DNA of 54,818 nt, taken from contig JAJCZW010000004.1 in NCBI GenBank assembly GCA_029262155.1, forward strand, positions 1 through 54,818. The letters run 5' to 3'. The notes under the pieces were generated by a model. That model saw nothing but the letters and a program-made list of their open reading frames with translations, was not told where the DNA came from and did not search any database. The position numbers were made by a program, and so were the translations under genes. This stretch comes from Gemmatimonadota bacterium (lineage in GTDB: Bacteria; Gemmatimonadota; Gemmatimonadetes; Gemmatimonadales; GWC2-71-9). Shown piece after piece: positions 28,465-37,447 of this stretch; position 1 is the first letter of the stretch; each line of letters starts with the position of its first letter.

Positions 28465-28486
28465 GGGGCGACGCATGCGTCGCCCC
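28465..28486. repeat. perfect 22-bp palindrome GGGGCGACGCATGCGTCGCCCC
   Basis: Exact copy of the core at 27279-27300. 14 nt before the M28 peptidase stop. Confidence 0.85.
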
Positions 28487-28500
28487 ACTGATCTGCGCCT

Positions 28501-30798
28501 TCAGAACGTGACCTTTCGAGAGATGACGGTTCCGTCACCCGTCGCGACCGGGACTGCGGTGTTTGGTCGGGCCCCTCGCAGTGCGTCCCCTCCGTCCGGC
28601 AAGTCATAGGATCGATCGGCAAGCCAGACGTTTCGTGGTTCCGCATCGTCGAACACGAGCTCGAACTCCACCCCCGCCGTCGGCATCGTCCAGATCGTGA
28701 CCACCTCGTATCCTGGTTGAAACAGCGGACGGGAGGCCTGATCGGGTGGAACGTTCACTCCGTCAATGCGCCACTCGGTTGGAGCTGTTGCGGTTTCAAA
28801 CACGATCTGCAGGACGGGCGCCCCGCGAGGGGATATCGCGTGGGCGCGGATGTGCCGCCGCCCCTGCTCGTCGATTCGCTCGTCGCGTAGCTCCAGCTCC
28901 GGTGCAGGGAGTGTTGGTGGTGAGGTCGGCAAGAATGAGCCGAACTCGGTGGTTAACCAAGCCAACGGTCGAGCGGTTTCGTTTCCGAAACCGATTGCCT
29001 CTAGGGATGTGGGCACCGGCGACCCCGTGTAGATCCAGCCGGCGGTCTCTTCGTCGGCGTTGGCTGTGTACACGAGACTTCCCCACTGCGGGTGAGTGGT
29101 CGAAAACGCCGGCGACCGGGCGCCGATTCCAAGGGACACCGTCGCCACCACTAGAAGGACCGCGGGCCAGAGCCATGGATTGCGGGAGGTGAGCAACATC
29201 GGTACCGCAGGTGTCAGCGCAAGCGCGAACAGCGTCGCCAGGGGTGGCATGGCCCCCAGACCGATCAGATCCAGGAGCAGGCCCAAGTGTGGGAGCCAGA
29301 CCATGATCGTAACGGCGGCCGGAAGACCCCACGCAACGGCAACACCGGCACCCGAAGCTCGATCGGTCGATCGCCTGGTTGCTACCAGGATGGCGGCACC
29401 TAGCACGGCCGCCCCCACCGGCACGGAGAACAGGTACCCGAACCCGGGTGCGAGGAAGCCAACCGCAACGGCGAGCACGCACCACCAACATCCGGTTGCG
29501 GCCCAGAATCCGATGGCGCCTGCACGGCGCCTGAACAGCAGCGCACCGACGAAGAGCCACACCGCCGCAACCGCTCCAAAGCCGAGGACCGTTGGCCCGG
29601 GTTGGCTCACCCAGACCAGTGGCAGCGGCGTGACACCTTTCCGGAGGGCGTTCACGATAGCGCTGCCAAGGAACGTCACGACTAACGTAAGTGGAAAGCC
29701 AGCTGCGCCCCACAGCGTCTCTCGGATGGTGACCGCTCCCTGGCGCAAGAGGTTACCCAACAGGAGGACGAAGCTGGTGGCCAGCACAAGCGCGACAACG
29801 CCACTGACACGCTCCGGCCAGCGCAACACCAACGGCCCGATCGACACAAACGTCAGTCGGCCATCTTTCGCCGCGTCGCTGCCGGATGCGAGGGCCCGTG
29901 CCACCGCGAGGGCCTGACTACCTTGTTGTTGCAGGCTCCCCAGGTTCAGGTGCGCGAGATCGTCACGCGGTGTATGGTAGTGTCGAATATGGCGGGCAAA
30001 GCCAAACATGACGCCGGGCACGTCAAGACGATCGAACACTGCCAAGTCGTTCGTATTGGGCAAAAGCGCACTGATCGCCCGAAGTGCCGATCCACCAGGC
30101 ACACGCCCTCCGGCGGCGGCAAACGGTCCAAGCACCGCGCGGTCGTTGCCGACGGTGTACGCGGGGAAACTCGGGCCGCCCGAGCCTCGGGCATCGAGGT
30201 TCACAACCGCCCGCACATCAGCAGCCCAGGGATGGTGCTCGACGAACGCGGTTGCACCGAGCAGCCCTGCTTCTTCACCATCGTTGAACAGGAAGACCAA
30301 GGAGCGTTCGGGGGGCGGCGCCTGGGCAAACATGCGTGCGATCTCGATGAGGACCGCAACTCCGGTCATCGGATCCGCGGCGCCCGGTGTAGCAGGCTGC
30401 GAGTCGTAATGGGAGTTCAGCAAGAGCGCTTCACGGTTCTTCCCTTCGATGCGCACAACCACGTTGGAGACGGTTCCGCAATAGCGACGGAACGTGCCAC
30501 ACACGAACCGCGACTGAATCTGAGGCGACAAGCCGATGTCCTCCAGCGCGTCGACGATGCGGGCGCGCACCTCCTCGTTTGCGAGGCTCCCGATCGGGTG
30601 TGGCAGGCCGGGGCCCATCAACCTGGCGAGGGTTTCCTGGGCGCGGAGGCCAGGGAACGACCCCAAAGGCCCGCTATCCGACTGCGGAGAGGGGGTTTGC
30701 AGCATCCAGGCCGAGACGCCTATCGCCAGGGAGAGTGTTGCCGCCAGAACCCACCCACCGGGAGTTGGGTGGGGTAACCTCTTGATTGGACCGGTCAT
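28501..30798 (-). CDS. membrane-anchored M28 family metallopeptidase with multi-TM central region and C-terminal domain
   Basis: LLNSHYDSQPATPGAADPMTG...FLFNDGEEAGLLGA (M28 zinc ligands), then ~8 TM helices. Trimmed to MTGPIKRL to avoid overlapping tetR. Confidence 0.8.
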   Translation of the reverse strand: MTGPIKRLPHPTPGGWVLAATLSLAIGVSAWMLQTPSPQSDSGPLGSFPGLRAQETLARLMGPGLPHPIGSLANEEVRARIVDALEDIGLSPQIQSRFVCGTFRRYCGTVSNVVVRIEGKNREALLLNSHYDSQPATPGAADPMTGVAVLIEIARMFAQAPPPERSLVFLFNDGEEAGLLGATAFVEHHPWAADVRAVVNLDARGSGGPSFPAYTVGNDRAVLGPFAAAGGRVPGGSALRAISALLPNTNDLAVFDRLDVPGVMFGFARHIRHYHTPRDDLAHLNLGSLQQQGSQALAVARALASGSDAAKDGRLTFVSIGPLVLRWPERVSGVVALVLATSFVLLLGNLLRQGAVTIRETLWGAAGFPLTLVVTFLGSAIVNALRKGVTPLPLVWVSQPGPTVLGFGAVAAVWLFVGALLFRRRAGAIGFWAATGCWWCVLAVAVGFLAPGFGYLFSVPVGAAVLGAAILVATRRSTDRASGAGVAVAWGLPAAVTIMVWLPHLGLLLDLIGLGAMPPLATLFALALTPAVPMLLTSRNPWLWPAVLLVVATVSLGIGARSPAFSTTHPQWGSLVYTANADEETAGWIYTGSPVPTSLEAIGFGNETARPLAWLTTEFGSFLPTSPPTLPAPELELRDERIDEQGRRHIRAHAISPRGAPVLQIVFETATAPTEWRIDGVNVPPDQASRPLFQPGYEVVTIWTMPTAGVEFELVFDDAEPRNVWLADRSYDLPDGGDALRGARPNTAVPVATGDGTVISRKVTF

Positions 30799-30824
30799 CT
30801 CCAGCCCTCCTTCCTTAGTGGGGG

Positions 30825-31427
30825 TCAGGGACACAATCCACCGAAGAGATGGCTCATCGCATGGTCCCACATTCGACAGAAGACGGCCTCATCATGGCCG
30901 AACCGGCCCTGCAGGTGCAGCGCGATTAGCCCGTGAGCTTGGGCCCAGATCGTGATCGCGACCTGCAACGGGTCGAGATCGTGCCGCATCGCGCCGGTAT
31001 CAATGCATTCGCGGAGTCGGTCAATCCAGAACAACAGATTCGGTGACCGCATTTCCATGGGTAGGTGCCCAGGGTCTGTGCGGCCCTGGGCAAAGAACAG
31101 GATTTCGTAGGCCGACGTCTCGCGGAGGGCGAACTGCCGGAGCGCGTCGAGGGTTCGTTGGAAGCGGGCCCAGGGATCCGGCGCATCCAACCCACGCTGC
31201 AGGTAACGAGCAAAGTCGCGATTGGCATCGTCGATCACCGCCTGGACCAGAGCCGCCTTGTTGGGGTAGTGGCGGTAGATGGCGGTCGCAGAGATCCCGA
31301 CGGCATCGGCGACTCGGCGCATCGTCATGGCGCCCAGCCCCTCCTCAAGGCAGATGCCTTGGGCGACATGGAGGATCTTCTCACTGCGCGGTTGGTTTCC
31401 AGGGTGACCGTCTCGCCTGATCTTCAT
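30825..31427 (-). CDS. TetR/AcrR family transcriptional regulator
   Basis: N-terminal HTH: GLGAMTMRRVADAVGISATAIYRHYPNKAAL. Confidence 0.9.
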   Translation of the reverse strand: MKIRRDGHPGNQPRSEKILHVAQGICLEEGLGAMTMRRVADAVGISATAIYRHYPNKAALVQAVIDDANRDFARYLQRGLDAPDPWARFQRTLDALRQFALRETSAYEILFFAQGRTDPGHLPMEMRSPNLLFWIDRLRECIDTGAMRHDLDPLQVAITIWAQAHGLIALHLQGRFGHDEAVFCRMWDHAMSHLFGGLCP

Positions 31428-31442
31428 GTTAACAACGTTAAC
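31428..31442. promoter_or_regulatory. GTTAAC-AAC-GTTAAC motif abutting the tetR start codon; possible operator
   Basis: Two copies of the 6-bp palindrome GTTAAC, 3 nt apart, immediately 5' of the tetR ATG on the minus strand. Confidence 0.3.
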
Positions 31443-31628
31443 CTACTGGTTCGGCTGACGCTACGGTCGGAGCTGATCATGGCCATGCCAACGGTTCGAC
31501 CGCTGACGAGTTCGCCGACGCTGTCTCCCTTGGCACTCGCAGCGGTGTACGCCTTGAAGTGACAAAATCGTCCGTTGGTTGTTGTTTCAATATGTTCGCG
31601 GAGCGAGCCGTGAATGGTTGGTACCGTC

Positions 31629-31650
31629 GGGGCGACGGATGCATCGCCCC
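31629..31650. repeat. GGGGCGAC-family element, variant core GGGGCGACGGATGCATCGCCCC
   Basis: Same outer arms GGGGCGA/TCGCCCC. Lies in the divergent tetR/lipoprotein intergenic region. Confidence 0.75.
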
Positions 31651-31715
31651 GACACTCGTCCCCACGGTGTCACCGGGCGAGGACTTGTGAGCAACCGTCA
31701 GTCTGGAGGCACTCG

Positions 31716-32384
31716 GTGAGAAGATCGGTCGGCGGATGGATGGTCATGCTTGGGTTGGCCCTCATCGGGTGTGGGCAGAGTTCGGACCAGCCACCGAGTG
31801 ACTCGAGTTCCGTGTCCGCTCAACTGAATCCGGTTTCGACCGACTCACCGGCCGACGGTGGGGGGCTGCGGAAACAGTTCCCCCCAATCACCTACGTATC
31901 CGAACATGTGGGACCCGGTGAGTGTTTGTCCTACGGTGACTGGACCGCCGTCGACTCGATTCCGTTGTACGAAGCTGCCGGCGATACCACCCTTCGAGTG
32001 ACCTGGATTCCCCCCGGAGCAGTATTCAGCGCCCAGGATGGTGCGATATATGTTGCCCAAACGGGAGCGGTTGTGGTCGAACGACCCCTAACACTCAACT
32101 TCCCCAGCGGCCGTGTCGTCGTCCCCATTGGCGACACCGTCATTATCCTTCACGATGGTGAAGAAGGGTTCACCAACGTGTGGTACGATGGGGTAACCGG
32201 GTATGTGGACGGTAGGGCCTGGCACGACGCATCGGCCCCATCACTAGATCGATATCGGGGGCTCGTCGTTCGCCGGCCGGTTGCGGTTTATTGGGTCCAG
32301 GCCACGTACGAGGGTCAGGACGGGTGGTTCATAGGCGATTCGCCAAGTTACCGATACGACACCCCAACGTCATGCGGCGATTGA
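31716..32384 (+). CDS. hypothetical lipoprotein
   Basis: GTG 31716 preceded by GGAGG. MRRSVGGWMVMLGLALIGCGQSS lipobox. Confidence 0.6.
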   Translation: MRRSVGGWMVMLGLALIGCGQSSDQPPSDSSSVSAQLNPVSTDSPADGGGLRKQFPPITYVSEHVGPGECLSYGDWTAVDSIPLYEAAGDTTLRVTWIPPGAVFSAQDGAIYVAQTGAVVVERPLTLNFPSGRVVVPIGDTVIILHDGEEGFTNVWYDGVTGYVDGRAWHDASAPSLDRYRGLVVRRPVAVYWVQATYEGQDGWFIGDSPSYRYDTPTSCGD

Positions 32385-32386
32385 TA

Positions 32387-32441
32387 GGGGCGACTGTGGG
32401 GGCGACGCATGCGTCGCCCCCATCAATCGCCCCCACAGTCG
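32387..32441. repeat. GGGGCGAC-family element, nested palindromes around core 32398-32421 (GGGGGCGACGCATGCGTCGCCCCC)
   Basis: The outer arm CGACTGTGGGGG (32391-32402) pairs with CCCCCACAGTCG (32430-32441). Confidence 0.85.
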
Positions 32442-32535
32442 TTCCAACGGTCGCCCGCCCCCGTCGGGTAGGGCTGCCGTCGATCTCTTTCGCAGGAATC
32501 GACGGACGGCGGGTCACCGTTCGTCGGGGTCCCTA

Positions 32536-32557
32536 GGGGCGACGGGTGCGACGCCCC
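32536..32557. repeat. GGGGCGAC-family element, variant GGGGCGACGGGTGCGACGCCCC
   Basis: Lies at or just before the permease start region. Confidence 0.7.
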
Positions 32558-32569
32558 AGCGGTGGTTCG

Positions 32570-33874
32570 ATGGAGGGGCCTGAACCCCTAGCCCGCGAGA
32601 TCACTGCCCTCGGCATCTGGCTGCTGGTGGTCAACGGGATGATCGGTGCCGGTATCTTCGGCGTTCCAGCGGGTGCCGCCCGACTCACCGGCGTCTTCAG
32701 TCCCTGGATGTTCGTGCTCTGCGGCCTGTTGATTGCCCCGGTCATTCTCTCCTTTGGCGAGGTGTCGAGCTACTTTCGCGGCACCGGTGGTCCGGTGCGA
32801 TATACCCAAACCGCGTTTGGACCATTCGTCGGATTTCAAACCGGGTGGGCGCTCTACGTCGCCCGGGTGACGGCGTTCGCCGCGAACATCAATCTGTTGG
32901 TAAGCTCGGTCGCCTACTTCTGGAGTGGTGCCGATCAGGGAGTGCTGCGTTTGGTGCTCCTCTTCGCGATCAGCGGCGGCCTTACCCTCGTCAACGTCAC
33001 CGGTACCAAAGACGCGATGCGCTCACTTGGTGTGCTCACCGTCCTCAAGTTCATTCCTCTTGTCCTCCTGGTCGTCGTCGGCCTCCCCCGCACCGATCTC
33101 TCGGTCTTTGTGACCACCGGTGCCACCCTTCCGAGCTATACCAACGTTGGTGCGGCCGCCCTGTTCATCATCTACGCCTATGTCGGCTGGGAATCGGCAT
33201 TGATTCCGGCCGGCGAGGCTCGCGCGCCCGCCCGCGATATGCCACGCGCCCTTCTCTGGGGGCTCGGTGTGGTCGCCGTCCTCTATCTGTTGATTCAAGC
33301 CGTGAGCGTGGCCGTTCTTCCCGAGCTGGCCGCTTCGGAACGCCCTCTCGTCGACGTCGCACATGTGTTGCTCGGTCCGGTCGGAGCGTTGATTCTGACG
33401 GTGGGTGTGGTCGTGTCGGTGGGTGGGAACATCGCTTCCGCTATGTTCACCGCCCCACGCATGACCTACATGCTGGCGCGTGAGGGGAGCCTCCCGGCGT
33501 GGCTGGGGTCGGTACATCCGCGATTCCAAACACCGATGGCTTCGATCGTGCTCTATGGCACCCTGACTTTTCTCTTGGCATCGGTCGGGACGTTCGCTTG
33601 GCTGGCATTGATCAGTTCCGTCACTCGGCTGCTCACTTTCGTGCTCTGTATCGGTGCCATCCCAAGGCTCAGGAGCCAGTTTGGAGATGCCCCCGACCGG
33701 TTCCACCTGCCCGGCGGATATGCCATTCCTCTGCTTGGCATGGCGGTCTGTCTCTGGTTGCTGGCCCAAGTCAATCAAAGCGCGGTTGGCGCTACGGCTG
33801 TGTTCCTGGTTGTTGGAACGGTTCTGTACGGTATCGCTCGATGGCGTCTCGCGACGCCGCCCCACTCCAGCTAG
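32570..33874 (+). CDS. APC superfamily amino acid permease
   Basis: About 12 TM helices. N-terminal ALGIWLLVVNGMIGAGIFG is typical of APC transporters. Start ambiguous (32546 or 32570). Confidence 0.85.
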   Translation: MEGPEPLAREITALGIWLLVVNGMIGAGIFGVPAGAARLTGVFSPWMFVLCGLLIAPVILSFGEVSSYFRGTGGPVRYTQTAFGPFVGFQTGWALYVARVTAFAANINLLVSSVAYFWSGADQGVLRLVLLFAISGGLTLVNVTGTKDAMRSLGVLTVLKFIPLVLLVVVGLPRTDLSVFVTTGATLPSYTNVGAAALFIIYAYVGWESALIPAGEARAPARDMPRALLWGLGVVAVLYLLIQAVSVAVLPELAASERPLVDVAHVLLGPVGALILTVGVVVSVGGNIASAMFTAPRMTYMLAREGSLPAWLGSVHPRFQTPMASIVLYGTLTFLLASVGTFAWLALISSVTRLLTFVLCIGAIPRLRSQFGDAPDRFHLPGGYAIPLLGMAVCLWLLAQVNQSAVGATAVFLVVGTVLYGIARWRLATPPHSS

Positions 33875-35196
33875 CGATTGACCGGGAGGTCGAGCTTCCC
33901 ACGATCGATGGTCACCCCTCCCTTGATCACGAGTTCGATCTTCTGTGCGTTGCGAATATCGAGGACCGGATCCGCCCCCAGCAACACGAGGTCGGCCAGT
34001 TTGCCTTCCTCAATCGAACCCAAATCGTGTTCCTTGCCAAGAAAGATGGCGGCGTTGAGTGTCCCGATCCGAATGGCCTTCAAAGCGGGGATCCCACCGG
34101 CCACCATAAGTTCCAACTCACGATGCGAGGCGGGCCCACTGGATTGATCTGAGCCGAGCGCGATGACCCCACCGGTTGCGTCGATGCGGCGCAAATTCTC
34201 CTGAGCCACAGGGGTCATCACCTTCATCCAGGTGGTCCAGGGCCGAGCGGCATACTGATCGCGCACGGTGGTGCGAAGGCGATGGATGGTCGCGGAATCG
34301 TAGACCGCCTGGTAAAGCGGCTGGTCGAGGAATTCGGGATGTTCCACTAACCTACTATACCCCTCACCGATCGTTAAGGTGGAGGCCATTGGGGTCCGGG
34401 TGGCTGCCATCTGGGCGACGAACGCGTCGCTCACCGGCCCCTGGATGATCGGGTGGGCAAGCGTATTGAGCCCCGCGGCAATCGCCTGCCGCGCCCGATA
34501 TTCGTGAGAGGTGTGGACCGTGGTCCGGATGCCGTGTTCATTGAAGTATCGTGCCGCGTGAGCCATGACGGTGGCGTCGAGCAGCGGAATCAGGGGACGG
34601 GTGCCCCACCCATGCTCATCGAAGGTGAATTTCACCAGGTCCGGTTGGCGGGCGATATGCTGGTCGAGAAGCGGGATCGCCTCGGGCCAAGCGTCTATCA
34701 GCGTGGCGCCGGGCCCCGCACCATGCCCACCCGGAGCCGTCACCACCCCACCGGTGGCGAAGATACGCGGGCTCAGAATCGTACCGGCTCGTTCCTTGGC
34801 CCGAAGATCGAAGATGAAGTCGGGGTTATTGCCGGCATCGTAGATCGTGGTGAATCCGCTGTAGAGGTAGCCATGGAGGGCACGCTGCGCCGCCTGCGGA
34901 TTCCCCGACCCACGTCCGCCGGTGAGATGGACGTGCACATCCAGGAGTCCGGGAATCAAGAACTTCCCCCGCGCATCGATGACCGTGGTCCCCGGTGGTG
35001 CTTCGAGAGTCGACCGACTCACCCGAACGATCCGACCACCAACCACCAGCACCGACGCGCTCGCCAGAGCCGGGCGGCCCGTGCCATCAATAATGGTTGC
35101 CCCGCTGATGAGGAGTGCCGGGGCGTCTTGTGCCGCTGCCACCGCCGAAACCCCGAGACCGACGATCGCAAAGAGGAGTGGTGTCATTCGGTTCAT
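33871..35196 (-). CDS. secreted amidohydrolase family protein (metal-dependent hydrolase)
   Basis: Signal peptide. PGLLDVHVHL metal-binding motif. Ends ...ADLVLLGADPVLDI. 4-nt overlap with the permease stop. Confidence 0.85.
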   Translation of the reverse strand: MNRMTPLLFAIVGLGVSAVAAAQDAPALLISGATIIDGTGRPALASASVLVVGGRIVRVSRSTLEAPPGTTVIDARGKFLIPGLLDVHVHLTGGRGSGNPQAAQRALHGYLYSGFTTIYDAGNNPDFIFDLRAKERAGTILSPRIFATGGVVTAPGGHGAGPGATLIDAWPEAIPLLDQHIARQPDLVKFTFDEHGWGTRPLIPLLDATVMAHAARYFNEHGIRTTVHTSHEYRARQAIAAGLNTLAHPIIQGPVSDAFVAQMAATRTPMASTLTIGEGYSRLVEHPEFLDQPLYQAVYDSATIHRLRTTVRDQYAARPWTTWMKVMTPVAQENLRRIDATGGVIALGSDQSSGPASHRELELMVAGGIPALKAIRIGTLNAAIFLGKEHDLGSIEEGKLADLVLLGADPVLDIRNAQKIELVIKGGVTIDRGKLDLPVNR

Positions 35197-35359
35197 CCAG
35201 TGCCCCACGGGAGAGGTGTGTTCGTACCAGTGCAAGTTACGGTGGGGTGCACGAATCGGATATGTATACCTCTCCGATGTGCTGTCGGGTGGTGTCGCTC
35301 GCGCGGTTTCAAACGTCTCTGTTGACGATATGTAAAGCCTGGCTCAACCAACCTGGAGA

Positions 35360-35896
35360 TTGCGGATGCACTATCGAATCCAACCCTATCTGCGACCGAT
35401 GGTGTTGATGTGTCTTTTCGTCGTTGGAGTGGTCCCTCCCTTGACTGCGCAGCGAGGGCGCGGGTCGGCAGCACCGTCCTCCATGCATCCGTCGATTGGT
35501 GTCCGCGGAGGACGTTACTTTACCTTTGACGCCTGGACGCTCGGCGGCCAGCTTGAGCTTCCGGTCAGTCGGGAGCTGGTCTTCGCTCCCAGCGCCGATT
35601 GGCTGTACATGAACGGGACCCGGAATTGGCAGGTGAATATCGACGCCCTCCTTCGTACCCCGAACGCCTCGCCGCTGAGTATCGGTGTGGGGCTTGCCAT
35701 CCTCCGCCGCGAGTTCGTCAGCGTCGACGATATCACCTCTCAGATCGACGCCGGTCTTAACGTCTTCCTCCGCCTGAGTCCTGTTGAACCTACCCTCGGC
35801 ATCGTCCGGCCGTTCATCGAAACCAGGTTTACCCGAGTCACCCGCCAAAATCCGATTCAACTCACCGTGGGGGTCACTTTCTCTCCAGGGGGATGA
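35360..35896 (+). CDS. hypothetical outer-membrane beta-barrel-like protein
   Basis: Signal peptide (VLMCLFVVGVVPPLTAQ) and alternating hydrophobic pattern to the C-terminus. Confidence 0.5.
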   Translation: MRMHYRIQPYLRPMVLMCLFVVGVVPPLTAQRGRGSAAPSSMHPSIGVRGGRYFTFDAWTLGGQLELPVSRELVFAPSADWLYMNGTRNWQVNIDALLRTPNASPLSIGVGLAILRREFVSVDDITSQIDAGLNVFLRLSPVEPTLGIVRPFIETRFTRVTRQNPIQLTVGVTFSPGG

Positions 35897-36061
35897 ACAC
35901 AGGCCCTCCGTAGGCAAGAATTAAAAACTTGCGCACGGTGCGCCACCTATGTCATGAGATGATTGGCCCTGGTAGAGAAGAACGAGGCCACAAATCGACA
36001 GGATGTATATTGCGAGTCCTCCCAGGTGCCTTCACCCTCCGCGACGGAGGTGGCCGAGATC

Positions 36062-37447
36062 ATGTCCACAAAGAAATCGCTTGTTGTCGTCGCCAACCGG
36101 CTCCCGGTGCATCGCGTCTCCTCCCGTGGACAGCGAGCTCGCTGGGAAACGAGTCCTGGCGGATTGGTGGCCGCCCTGACCCCGATTCTCAAAGGCCGAT
36201 CAGGGTCATGGGTTGGGTGGGCTGGCACGGCCGGCGGTGCTCCGCGCCGTTTCACCCATCAGGGGATTGCACTCCACCCGATCGGGCTCTCCCGGCAGCT
36301 GGTCGAAGGATTCTACGAGCGATTCAGCAACCGAACGCTCTGGCCGCTCTACCACGATGTCGTCCGACGGCCGGAGTTCCACCGCGGCTGGTGGAAGGAT
36401 TATCGAGAGGCCAACACGCGGTTTGCGGAGATGACCGCAAAGGTGGCACCGCGTCGAGCGACGGTGTGGGTGCATGACTATCAGCTGCAGTTGGTGCCCC
36501 AGCTCCTGCGCACACTCCGCCCTGATCTGCGGATCGGGTACTTCCTGCATATTCCCTTTCCGCCCCTCGAACTCCTCGCCCAGTTGCCGTGGCGCCGGGA
36601 GTTGATGGAGGGGTTGTTGGGGGCCGACCTCATTGGCCTTCAGACCAAGGATGACGCCCGGAATATGCGTCGGGCAGCGGTACGCTTGGGCGGAGCCCAC
36701 GGTCGGGGCGAGGACTTGGCGGTTGGCGAGCGGCGCGTGCGGGTGGCGGCATATCCGATCTCGATCGACGTCGCCTCCTTTGAGACGTTGGCCGATACGC
36801 CGGTGGTACTCGCAAAGTCCTTCGCCTTTCGTCGTCGGCTCGGGCTTGACCGGCAGGTGATTCTCGGTATCGACCGTCTCGACTACACCAAGGGAATCGA
36901 CACCCGACTCCGGGCGTATGAAGAGCTGCTCGCGAGCGGACGGGTCGATCCGGCTCGAGCGGTGTTCGTGCAGGTGGCGGTACCCAGCCGCGAACGGGTG
37001 GAGGAGTACGCCGAAATCCGCGAGGAGGTGGAAGGATGGGTTGGGCGGATCAACGGCCGGTTCTCGACGGTGGGTCTGACAACGGTACACTACTTGCGAA
37101 GATCCCTAAACCCTGAAGACCTCGTCGCGCTCTATCGCGCGGCCGACGTCATGGTCGTCACCCCATATCGAGATGGGATGAACTTGGTTGCCAAAGAATA
37201 TGTGGCCTCACGGACGGACAATACCGGTGCCCTCGTGCTCAGTGAGTTTGCCGGAGCGGCGCGATCGCTTACGGCCGCCCTGCAAGTGAACCCGCACGAT
37301 ATCGATGGGATGGAAGATACCATCCATCGTGCGATGCATCTGACCGTGGAGGAACAGCGCCAGCGGATGCGATCGCTCCGACGGGTGGTTCGCCGACACA
37401 ACGTACATGACTGGGCCAATCGTTTCCTCGGAGACCTCACCGGGTGA
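36062..37447 (+). CDS. otsA: alpha,alpha-trehalose-phosphate synthase (UDP-forming)
   Basis: LVVVANRLPV N-terminus. GT20 pattern: VWVHDYQLQLVP, GIDRLDYTKGI, TPYRDGMNLVAKEY. Confidence 0.9.
   Translation: MSTKKSLVVVANRLPVHRVSSRGQRARWETSPGGLVAALTPILKGRSGSWVGWAGTAGGAPRRFTHQGIALHPIGLSRQLVEGFYERFSNRTLWPLYHDVVRRPEFHRGWWKDYREANTRFAEMTAKVAPRRATVWVHDYQLQLVPQLLRTLRPDLRIGYFLHIPFPPLELLAQLPWRRELMEGLLGADLIGLQTKDDARNMRRAAVRLGGAHGRGEDLAVGERRVRVAAYPISIDVASFETLADTPVVLAKSFAFRRRLGLDRQVILGIDRLDYTKGIDTRLRAYEELLASGRVDPARAVFVQVAVPSRERVEEYAEIREEVEGWVGRINGRFSTVGLTTVHYLRRSLNPEDLVALYRAADVMVVTPYRDGMNLVAKEYVASRTDNTGALVLSEFAGAARSLTAALQVNPHDIDGMEDTIHRAMHLTVEEQRQRMRSLRRVVRRHNVHDWANRFLGDLTG

Noticed and set aside
26810-32557. 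Reading the 22-bp palindromes as rho-independent terminators or as a CRISPR-like array
   Set aside because: No T-tracts follow the stems. Some copies lie upstream of genes or between divergent genes. Spacing is irregular (about 0.1 to 3.1 kb).
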